From the NCBI GenBank assembly GCA_964036045.1, contig OZ038378.1, positions 156,240,001 through 156,304,000 of the forward strand: a stretch of DNA of 64,000 nt, in the 5' to 3' direction. Below are positions 47,772 to 59,700 of this stretch, one piece after another (the first letter of the stretch is position 1; each line of letters begins with the position of its first letter). Origin of the DNA: Eutreptiella sp. 'Long Island Sound 2002' (lineage: Eukaryota; Protista; Euglenida). Position numbers and translations under genes: made by a program. Under the pieces are notes generated by a model. The model was not told where the DNA came from and ran no database searches. It saw only the letters and a list, made by a program, of their open reading frames with translations.

Positions 47772-50700
47772 CTATTCATTTTCGTCCCTGTCTGAATCAC
47801 ATGATGAATCGGAGGAGCTTGAGCAATCTGAAGAATCACCGTCCTCAGAGTAGCACTCAGACCGCTTCTTTTTTTTTTCAATTGTACCCAGACAGTGGGC
47901 GAAAAAGAAACCCCCCCAGAATCCCAGAAACGTCCCACCCCCACGGGAGGGCGGGGAGCGCTTGGACACACACCCCGTCCCGTAGGAGGAACACAAAGTA
48001 CATCCCTGACCCCCCCCCCCCCCCCACAAGCCCGATCGAGAACAAACACACTGCAATGCAACACAATGCAAAGATTCAGGATGACAGGTGTGTACAGGCG
48101 GGGGGGGGGGGCGCGCAGCCGAGGGGTCCGTAGGTGTGTAGACCGCGATCAAAAGCGGCCTCAGGGGGTTCGATAGTTTGCAGACGTGAAGAGTGCCATT
48201 CGAGGACGGTTCTTGAGCCCCTCCCGCGCGACCCAACAGCCGTTGGCGCGCCATCGGAGCCCAACGCCCAGCCCACGTGGAACTGGCAACGGGCACATCC
48301 GACACCCGCTGCGATTCAGAAGAGACCGCAACAACAAAAGGGAAGCGATGAGGTCATCGCAGGGCGATGATGGGGGTGAGACCGAGGGCCCAGAATGGCG
48401 TCGCGAAGGAGCGATGCCGGGGCGATATGGAAGGGTTTGGGGTGACCATGGGCCCCATCAATGTATTAGAAGGGGGTTGGCTGGGGGCCCCTTCCCCCCA
48501 GGGTCCCCCTATGGTCCCCGCCGAAGGCGGGGCCGAAACGTTTTGCCCCTAAATCCGCTTGGCGCCGAAGGAAATGTTTGGCTGTCAGCCTCAAAGATTG
48601 GAAGGGGAGGGGGGGGGGGGGGTTGGCACAAGGCCTTGGGGGTTGGTTCTGTTAGCCTGTGGCGGCGCCTATTGGCCTCTCGCCTTTGAACCTTCTGCCA
48701 TGACACGCAGGCGTCCGCATTGCCCCTGCCCCTGGGGGGGGGGGGGGCATCCAGAATGCAACTTCTGCCCATGGCGTCCTCCCCTGACGGCCCTGATCAG
48801 TGCCCGGGATGCGGTCATCACAAAGACCCCGGGCCGGGAGGTGCTCACCACAACCAACGTGAATGTCACACAAGGCCATGGGTGGTAGCTCACCAATGCG
48901 TGACTTGCTGATAGTGCGGGGGAGGGGGGGTTACCCCCCCTCCTCCTGCGGTGGACGGCCGTTCCAATACCCCCGGGGGGCCCCAGCCCGTGTGCCCGCA
49001 TACCCAGCGACCGCGAAGCCCAGGCACACGTTCTGCAGCGCACCTGAACGCCATGACGTCCATGGCCGCGTGGGGAGAGTCCTCCAAGATGCCCCAAAGG
49101 ATCTGCAGCATCTTCATGGAGATGCCCATCTTCCGCATCACCACCCGCCCGTCTTGCATGAAGTCCTCCACGTCGTCGGCTGTCAACACCCCCGTGTTGT
49201 TCACATCGATCGTGCGGAAGATCTACGGACGGCACGGGGGCGGCGGCCGGGCGCGATGTGCCCCCAGAGGCGTGTTCAACCGTTTTGGGGGTTGCATGCA
49301 GAGGGTGCCCCCCCCCCCCCCCCGTGTGACATTCCGTCGGGGTGTTGCTCCTTTACGGGGCCCTGGACAGTCACCCGGTCTTCCCTTCGCATGTTGCGTC
49401 GGGTCGCTGCGTTCTGTCGGCCGCTGCGGCCGGTGCTCTTGCTGGTGTCGTTTCCGCGTTCGCGGAGCCCAGTGGTTGGTGTGTTGGGGCTGCCCCCCCC
49501 CCCCCCCTTCGTTGACCCAAACCCAGGGGGTCGGCGGGTCAGGCCATCAGCCTACGGAGTCCCCGCGGGGGGGGGGGGGGTCGGGGGGTACCCCAACATA
49601 CATACCTCAAAATGATCCCCATGACGCGCTGATCATTTTGAACATGCACACGTGGGGGGGAGGGGGGGGACTGTTGCCCATCAGCTCGGGCTCCCATCAG
49701 CCAACGTCCGGCCCGGAGGACGGGTCGGAGTCAAAATGCGTTCTTGTGCCTGCCGTATGCCTAAAACAAAATCTCCGGCGCCCACAAAATCCATTGACCC
49801 ATACAATCATTGTGAGGTCCGTAGAGCCCCCCGCCCCCCTTGGGGCCGGCAGCGCCCCCCCCCCCCCCCCCCCGGACGGGTAGGAACAACAAGAGGGGCA
49901 TAGCCAAAGGGTGGCGAGGAGTAGGAGGAGTAAAGGGAGAGGCTGTGCGGACATCCTCCCGCTGGTGTCCCCCTCAGTCGCTGTTGTGCGCACGATGGCT
50001 CTGGACCGTGGAAGCCCATCCCAGGCCTGGCCCAACGCACTGTGTTGCTCAAAAGAATGGGGTCAGACATGCCGCAATGTCTGTGGCCGGGGCCCCGTTT
50101 AGACTCCCCGAGAAAGGTCGTGTTTGTAGGGGCATGACAGTCGCTGGGTGCTGCAGAGGCGGCGGTCTCTCTTGGCCGTCCACACGTGGTGCGGCAAGGG
50201 GTGCGCGGCGCATGCCACGCCCCCATATTACGGTGCCAACACAGTGCAGACACGAAGCTCTCTACAACCCCGTCACATCCCGCCCTGGGCAGCGTGATAG
50301 CGTGATGACGATACGGGGCAGAACTGCATCTCCCGCTGCCTCTCTGTGTTTTAGGGGAGAGAAGACAATGTCAGTGTCATCGCAGGGGACCGCAGCTTCG
50401 GTGCCATTCCCAAGCCACAAATACCAGATCCGGTCCGCGCTGGAACCCAAGGCCTTCGCAAAATCCCGACCAGAAGCCCGAAGCCCCGGGAAAAGACGAG
50501 AGTCGCTTCCAGATCCCGCAGACACCACCGAGCGTGAGGAAACCGAAGTCGACAGTGAAAGAGAGTGGTGAGATCTGCATGTTGTGCCTACGCCCGTTCT
50601 ATTTGGGTGCCGGGGCTTTGTCAATGCAAATACACGACGCACCTGCTTTGTGACCCGCTCCTGCTGGGCTCTGAAATAAGGTTCAATGATGGACAGCGCC

Positions 50701-53700
50701 TCCTCCAGCTGCAAATGGTCATCCTCGTTCAGATCCAAAGCGGCAAACAACGTGTGGGCCACCTTGATATTGCTCACCCCCACATGTTGGACCCAACACC
50801 AAAATAATGACTTCGTCATGCACCTGCGGGCGACCGCACGTGTGTGTGGGCAGATGGGCTGCCTTGAAAACTGGCGGGATTCGAACGCACGTGAGCTCAA
50901 AGCTGCTTTGGGTGAGACTCACCAGGTACTCGACGCATCACTTGTATTGAAAAAGCTTGGTGAGGTTGCTGTATATGGCATTATCCACTGGACTACAGCA
51001 AGCACCAGTGTCTTTTATCATCAAAATGCAGCAATGCTACAAGAAATCCTACGGAATTTTCGAATGGAATGGGATGTTGGAAGTCCTCTGTGATCGCTAC
51101 TCCACCATAATCATGTGCAAACAAGCTCTCAAACACCCTGGGATGTTGTACACACAGCATGCAACCGGCACACTATGCTGGAATGTGAGACACACCACAC
51201 TGATGTGTTGGGAACGCCACACTGAAATGTTGGACACACCATAGTGAGGTGCTGAGAACACCAAACTGAGGTGCTGAACGCGCACCAAATCGAGGTGTTG
51301 TGTGTACAACTCCTCGGCCTGGTGCGTACAGCACCTCAGTCTGGTGTAGACAAGTACCAAAAATTAGTGACCCCTGTTTTCAATGTGGCACAATAAATCA
51401 TCTTCCCTGTGACCACCCTGAAAACCACCCACCACGGGGGAAGCATACGTTCACAGGGCAAAAACAGCAGATTTAGATGGAAAACTGACAGCATTCTGGC
51501 ATTTTCAGCGTGAACCGTAGTTTGTTTTTAGCTCATTATCTGTTTTTTTCGACTGATCAGGAATCTGGGGCAGCCCTGTGTCTGGAAACACAGTGGTTAC
51601 CGGGGTCACCTTTGCCATTGGGGTCCGAAGTAGCCTACTTTTCGCACAGCGCACGGGACACCCCCCGTGGGATGCCAAAAATGCGGATAAATGGGACACG
51701 CGGGAACTGACCGGGTTGAGGAGAGACCGGCGGGCAGTCGTGGCTTAGTGTTTCTCTGGATACGCACCGGTTTGTTGCGGCATGGCCTTGGTGCAGCCTC
51801 AGCCTCCCTGGGCCGACTCTGGTCTCTCCCTTGGGACACAGCGTCCCTGACGGAGATCCGTCTCGACCATTTCTTCGATCCTTCCGCTGTTTCTTTTCCT
51901 CTTTGGACCATTTGTGTGCATCCCTCTGCTGCTGCCACCATTGATCCGTCCCCGCTGGGCCATCAACAAGGGCGTATCGCATGCTGTGCACGCGCTGTGC
52001 ACAAAGTTTGTACAAGAACATACCCCATGGGTAGTACTGCCCAGTACCCGTAACTATGACCCTTTTGTTGCATTTATATGAGTTGCATGTGTTTCCCCCT
52101 CATGTCTAGTGCATTGTCTCCTTCCCGCCCCTTGCCTACGCCACTGCTGCCGCCTGCACCCCCACACCCCACCATCCCCGCCTCTAGTGCAGTTTGTTGA
52201 AGCTGTAGCAGCCATACCTAGCTTCAGCCCATCCATTTTTGTGTGCTTCCTCCTCATCTCGGACATTCCTTCATGCTTTCTCAATCCCCCCAACCGCCAC
52301 AAAAGCGCTACCGGTCGCTGCTGTGGAGTACCGAACTGCGGATCCGGACACTCAGGACGGACGCAAGCATCGGCCTCCTTGATCCCCTCCCCACCCCGCA
52401 ATGTCTCGTTGATGTGCACTTGGCCACAGGAATGCGGCACTACCTGGCGGTCGACCAACAGTACCCTGCAACATCACCACTGGCAGTTGGCCGGTCACTG
52501 ACAACCGTTGTTCGTCAAATCACAGTTGTCGGCAGTTAAGCTGCCTCAATCGACGAGCCTCAGCCGGTAACTGCCAACAATTGGTGGTGAACCGCCGGCG
52601 CTGAGCTGTCAACCGCTGGCGGTTGGCCATTAATCGCCGCTGGGGGGGGGGGCGGTGCTTAATGACTGTCCGTAGAAAAAAAAGAAGAAGAAAAGGCCCG
52701 CCGATCAAAGACACCCCTGGACACAAGGGGATTAGGCGGTGCTGGGACTGCACCACAGCACCTCAAAAAGCGCGAGACATACTTCGTACCATCGTAAGTC
52801 TTGTGGATGGTATAGCGAAGCAGAGAAGACTTGGCCACTGTCCAGAGGTCACAGCGCTGTGTCGACAAAAGCTTTTTCCGGGGGGCCGCCGGGGCGAAGT
52901 CTTGTTCTTTGTGCACGTCAGAGTCAAACGCCTTCCAGAACCGGATTGTCCTGAAGTAGGGGATCCCACACTTCACTGTGCCCCTTTCGATTGTGGGGGT
53001 TCATGGGACTCTCACTCTGCAATGGCCCTCTTGTCCCAAAGCCTATGAAACGCAGATCTAACATTCTTGTGAGAACTCAGTGATATTCAGGACCGGTCAC
53101 AAATGTGATCTTGTGTACCCTGACCCCTGCTTGCAGCTGCTCTTGTTCGCAGCTGCAAATCACGACTGCCAACATCACTACACATACACATGCACACGAA
53201 CTCACATTTACGCTTGTGCGCACGCGCGTGCAAAAGGGGACAAAAAGAGCAACAAAGCAGATGTCTGAGCGTGGTTTTGCCTCGTCAGACTGCAAACAAC
53301 AAAAAGTTGCGCAACTACGAGCCTTCTTGACAGTTGGAGGATGGCAGTTGTAAGTGCAGTTCGGGGCAGGCCGACTCACAAGCCCAGCCTACAGCCCACA
53401 CAGTCACAAGCAAACCGTGACCCACACCCACACAGCTCCCATCGCAAAGCGAGGGCCTACATCTAAACCCACAAAAACACTGACATTTGACCTTTGGCTT
53501 CAACAACAGTGCAACCATGTCGACCATGTTGAATGCTATATGCATGCAAAATTGGAAGGTGATTTCAAGGGTTCAAGAAGCAATTAGGATACCAGGGGGG
53601 GGCTTTAATTTAAGAGGTTTTTTTTTCGGGTGACCAAAATTAAGGGGGTAAAAACTTGGTATTGCTCCTTAGAAATGAAGGAAAAATTTGGTATGAGGCC

Positions 53701-56700
53701 CCTTGGTGCTGCTTCCTAGTGGATGTTCATTGTGGATTCCGGGTGGCCTCTGGATGGTTGCTGTTATTTCCTGGTGGGCTCTGGATGGTTACTGTCATTT
53801 CCTGGTGGGCCAAAAAAGCGAAGCTAAAAAAAATGCAGACACCAAGGTTTGAACCCAGGACCCTTGGGATTAAAACCTAGTACAACTACGAACTAAGCTA
53901 CATCAGGAGCTGCCTAAATTTGAACATCAGAGAGTGGATTGCATAGTAAAAAAAAAGGGTGAGCGTCCTTATGGCACCCCCTGACACAATATGGCACAAA
54001 GAATCCTTAAAATCGAAGGAAATATTTGGTACGAGGGAGGGCTTCGAAATTTGTCCATATCAACTTTTTCAGGCCCTAATTAAAGCCCCCCCTGGTATAT
54101 TATCTTCGTTTTGAGCACTTTGTGAATTCATACACAAGAGGCCATCTCACCCAGAAAACCAGTCCCAGTCCACGGCAACAATCACATCCAACAGCAGTGA
54201 CACAGAGACCGCCCCAAAGTCGCACCTGTCCAAAGATCCCGTAATCACCAGCCCATTCACCCTGTCCAATGTCGTCGCTACAACCGCCTCCTCGTGGCCC
54301 TCGTACTCCCATACGGGTCGCAAGAGCCGCAAGTCCCACTGCCTGACCGTCCAATCGCCCGCCGACAGAAGGACATTCCCTGCGCTGTGGAGGTCCAGAA
54401 TTGCATCTTCATGAGCTACCCACTCCAGGTCTGGCGCCATTCGTGCGGTTCTGGTGTCATAAATCCGCAGCTGTCCTTGGCTCGTGCCAAGGCACAGGGA
54501 ACTGGAAGAAACACGAAGGAGGGCTGTATTGAGAGCGGGGCGGCGATGTGTTGCAGCAGTCCCAGCCCCCACCAAAGGCCTCATGCACAGCAGGCAATCA
54601 AACTGAAAAGAAAAATACTTCGCTGAGGCTTCTCGCAAACGCAGGCGCCTCGGAGACGGCTGTGGCTGTGCTGTGCGATCATCAGAAGTCACACTCGCAA
54701 ACAAAGCCTTCCCAAACAGATAGTGTGAAAATGTGTCACAGCAGAGCTGCACCAGTACAATCGCAGCCCTGCGGGAGAGGACTATGCGTTGTTGCATATC
54801 TCGCTCGTGCGGCTGGTAATTGTTCTGGCCCTGTCGGTGGCTATCTCTTGCTGGATCTCACTCGTGGAAACTAATATCTGGAGGCGGAAAATGTGGCTGC
54901 ACCCGCGGTACTGGGAGGATGCTGATGCACCAGATCCTGGAACCATTCACTCATGAAACAAATATTTGAAGATGGGAGGGGCATGTTTTCTGGTGACGCT
55001 TGCAGTCGCGGCACCTCCTGCAGGGGTTTCAGCAGCTGTGGCTGTGGCCGGTCCTGCAGAAGCTATGGCGCCTCGTGCAGCTGTTGCTGCCGTGATAGAG
55101 CCTGTACCCCCTGCTCTCGTTTGTGTTTCGCAACATTTGTGCAGATGGGCTGAGTTGAAGGCTGCAGAAGGGGGCACGAGCAACTGCATGGGTGCCCTCC
55201 TGCCGTGTGAAATGGGGTCACAGGCCGGCAGTCGAGACCGTAGATTTAGGAACTCTCGTTCAGAGTGCAGGACAGACGCCCTCATGTGGCCGGGTCCAGG
55301 AACGCGGAAACACCTCGTTTCATTGATCTCACAGACACTCAGACTTCGCATGGACTCTGCTCCCTCGAAAAGGGTCTCCAAAGCAAGGGTCTCAAGGTCA
55401 AGACATTTGGCCACACCATCCAGAGAGCAGGTGTAGAGCTTTCCCAGCGAAGCGGCCAATGCTGAGCACAGATATGAGGTGCCGAATACGGATGGCTGCG
55501 TACCAACAATGTGCATCGACTGGGGCAACCAGGCTTGCAATTGAGGGGGGGGAGGGTCGATAGAGCCCCCTGGCTAGACCCCCCCCCCCAAAAGGGCTCA
55601 ATAGAAGGGATCCCCGAAATCCTACCGAGACTGACCCCCGGGCATCGGAGGTGACCCAGACCCAAAAATCGGCAAAAAATGAAAATGGGATTTTGGAATC
55701 AGCACGTCAAGGGGGTTCAGAAAATCCATCATTTGCCATGTATTTGGTGAAAAAATTTGACCATTGTTAATGCTCAAAAACAATTTTCGGCGCCTTTGGC
55801 GCCAGTGTTCATAATGAATGGTCAATGGTGCCTGTCAATTCAGCCCTTTTCCCGAACCCGCCCCCCCCCCAGATTTTGGGGGCTCTATTGACCCCCCCTT
55901 CCCTCACTAGCAAGCCCGACATGCCCTGATGGATGCACGGGCGGGCGGGCGGGCGGGCGTGTGGGTGGCTGACTGCGCACATGCCTTGGTGTGGGCCACA
56001 CTGAAGCCTGGTTACTGACATAAATCCCCTAAGGGCACGCTTATGGCCTTCCAGGAGAGATAACGTCTTTGAAAAAGCGCAACAGCTGAGATAAAATTGA
56101 GCAGCATTGTATCCGAAAAAGAGCAGAATAAGATTTTTGAAACGCGATGTTGTTTTATGGTTTTCTGTGCTGTGCCTGATGGGTCGTTTCACGCCTGGGC
56201 TGCGACACACCAGCGCCCCCGGCCGTTGTGTCAACCCCCTGTGTGACATTTCGTAGGGTTGCTGTTTCTTTACGGGGCCCTGGACGGTCACCCTTTCTTC
56301 CCTTCGCATGTTGCGTCGGATCGCTGCGTTCTGTCGGCCGCTGCGGCTCCTGCTGGTGTCATTTCCGCGTTCGCAAAGCCCGGTGGTTGGTGTGCCGGGG
56401 CTGTGCTGGATGTGGCGGGTACCGTTGGCGGTGCCCAGTAGTTGGCGCTGTGTTTCCGTGTGTGTGACGCCCAGGTGCCCCACTCCTCCATGCGTTGTAC
56501 CGGCCGTTCACCCCATGCCCCCGCTGTGCGACATCCGTCTGGTTGTTGTTCTGGGGCCCTGGACAGTCACCCGTTCTCCTCTTCGCATGTTGCGTCGGGT
56601 TGCTGCTTTCTGTCGGCCGCTGCGGCCGGTGCTCTTGCTGGTGTCGTTTCCGCGTTCGCGGAGCCCAGTAGTTGGTGTGCCGGTGCTGTGCTGGATGTGG

Positions 56701-59700
56701 CGGGATGTGCCGTTTGCGCGTCAGCGGCGCCCAAGAATTGGCGTGTTGAGGATGTGCTGGTTGTTGCCGGGGTCGTTTGACTGTTTTTGCTGCCCACGCG
56801 CCTCTGTCCACAGGCCGTCCGTAGCCTGCCTCGCTGTGTTTCTGTGTGCGTGAGGCCCAGGTGCCCTGTTTCTCCACGCGCTGTCCCGGCCATCCACCAT
56901 ATGTCCTTTTCCCCCTCACAGCTGGTCTGCCCCTGATGGGCTCCCGCTCCTGTTGTGCAAACAGCCCATCTGGGCTGCGGGCTGCCCCCCCCCCAACCAC
57001 CACTATGGTCCTTGGAAAAAGGGGGGTCTAGGAAAAAAAACTTCAGGTACCAAGGGGAAGCTTTGCATACTATGGGTGTGCATTGAATGGGCAGTGGCAC
57101 TGCAGCTGCACCCGGCACATTGCATATTCTGTGCCTGTGCCTTGCAAAACTTTGCAATGGCCTTGGCAGGTGCATATGCAATGTATATGATCATCTCTGA
57201 GATATACAAGTGTGCCATGTACAGCCTTTCAATGTTGCGGCTATGCTTTAGAATTGCATCAGCTTTCGAGTCGCAGTAACGCTAAATGTGCTTTTTTTGC
57301 ACTCTGGCTCCCAGCTATCCAGGTGGGGCCTCCCGGAGCCCCGAAAATGTGCGTTACAATTGGCTGGCTAGATGCTTACCCTTGTAATGTTGGACCAGTA
57401 ATACGTGCATATTGTGATGATCCGGTTGATGCACCCATTCGCGGCGGTATCAGCAATGCCGTTGCATACCACCCTTAGCACACGGGAACGCTGAGCGCAC
57501 GGGGATGCTGGATTTGCTATTGCGTTCTGTGACCGTTCGCTGGGGGTCCACAATCAGGCCTTGCACGTTTCTATCGCATGACCAGTGGGACCGGTTTTTC
57601 TATTGAAAGTTGAATCGAGGTGATTCAACGAAAAGCAGGCCAGATACATGCACACACGGCCGCACACAAGACAGAGCCATACACCCCCCCAAATACAGCC
57701 TTACACAACAACGCACCACACAACTGTACACCGTGCACCAACACCATCGCGTGTGACACGATACTGGACCAGACCACACAGCACATGATGCTGCACAGCA
57801 GTGCACTGCATTTGGACCAGAGGCCGCAGAACCATCACCGTGCTGAATACTCCCGCCCCACTTCATTATGCCGTTTGAAGCCGGGCTCGGCAGGAGCAAA
57901 AAGATGTGCCGTGTGCAGCGGGGCTGCCGTGCAGGACTCATGCACCACAAATCAAGAAACCCTGGGAACAAAGCAGCCGTACCTTTGATGTGGCAGGAGT
58001 GCAGTTGCCTCTGATACTTCATAGCCCCGCTCTCCCGCTCCAGACCGTAGAGGGTACCGTCGGAGGCCCCGACATAAATGTCGTCCGTCCCCAGTGCTAC
58101 GCACTCCAAAGGTCCTCTGCACGTTGTTTCCCAAGTCAACACACCTGCCGGGCACGAACCACCGAAAAGCGAAGCAATGGCAGTGCCACAAACACCACCG
58201 GGGCCTCCACAGCGGTGGCTGCAACGGCGTTGCTGCTGCGGATGCAGCGACGTGGGAAACTCTGGGGGGGGGTTCGGGAAAAGGGCTGAATTGACAGCAC
58301 CATTAACCAGTTATTATGAACACTGGCGCCAAAGGCGCCGAAAATTGTTTTTGAGCATTAACAATGGTCAAATTTTTTTTTCACCAAATACATGGCAAAT
58401 GATGGATTTTCTGAACCCCCTTGATGCGCTGATTCCAAAATCCCATTCTCATTTTTTGCCGATTTTTGGGTCTGGGTCACATGTGCTGTGCCGCTCATGA
58501 GCGTGCACAAGAGGGAGCGGGAGCCAAAAAGCATGGCCCATGCACCAGATCAAATCATCTGACGTTGCTGTTCCTGTGTTCATGTGAGAATGGAGGGCAG
58601 GCTGCCTGGACACCAAAGGGGTGTGTGTCCAATGCATGGTGTCCCAAGTAGAAATGTGACCAACACCTGGGACGCCTTGGCGTTCCCACTCCCCTCTCGG
58701 ATACCACAAATGGGCCATGCTTTCACTTGAGGGACCATCAGTCTGCTCGCAGTTCCCTTGGGATACCACCGCTGGCCAACGCTCCCCCTGGGATCCCGTA
58801 AGATGATCGCAGTTCCCCTTCGGTAAACCATCTGCGGAACCCATCGCATGTTCTTTGGGATCCCACCAGCTGCCACACTGCCATTTGGGACACCGTCGGT
58901 TATTGATGCTCGTTGGTCACACTTTTGCCTGGGGAGCCAACGTGGAGGAGTTGGTCACACATCCCTCGGAGGCGCATCAGCTGGTGGTGCACTCCCCCTG
59001 TGAGTCGTATCTGCCCTTAAGACTCTGTGTACAAGAGACGACAAAATGATCTGCAGTCGCACCCGCCAACAGCACTGCACTTCTCCCCGTTGCAGTCTGC
59101 CCAACAGCGGACGCATGTGCCTGCGGACAGCACACGACGAAAGCTCAGTGTCCAGGATGACTATGACAATGTTCGGGCCAGTCCGCCTGCCCGCCTTCTC
59201 GAATGAACAAAGCCCACCCCCGGCTCCTTTCGCCTCCTTGACCCTGTCCTTTTGCTCACAACACATGTTGATGTTGCCACCGAACCTGTCAGCCCTACTT
59301 TAGAGTGCCTTGAAACCCACACATCCCTCGTACATGAGACAGACCCACCACCACCTCTTGAGTGGTGGCATGCTATCTTGTTGTGCCACCCATGATCACA
59401 CCAGCAAGTCATGCACTGCAAAGCACACCACATTCCACGTCGCATCAAATGGGTATCTAGTGTACGCCCCTGCGTGTGCATGCCATTGCAAAGCATTCTT
59501 GATCCCTGCCCCACACCCAGCACAGGTGTCACTGATACAAGATTCGCTAACCAAAGGGTTGATGGACCTAAACCACAACTGAAGCCCCCCCCCCCCCCCA
59601 AGACCCGCCGAACCAACCCTGCAACGCGCTGCCTAGGCCCCACTGCAGGGCCTTGGTGGAGCACATACCCGCTGTGGCTCGCTACCCAGGCCCCACCGCA

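Noticed and set aside
58640-58900. Degenerate ~30-bp periodicity (GTTCCCTTGGGATACCAC-like)
   Set aside because: It appears to be an ordinary decayed intronic minisatellite with no further structure.
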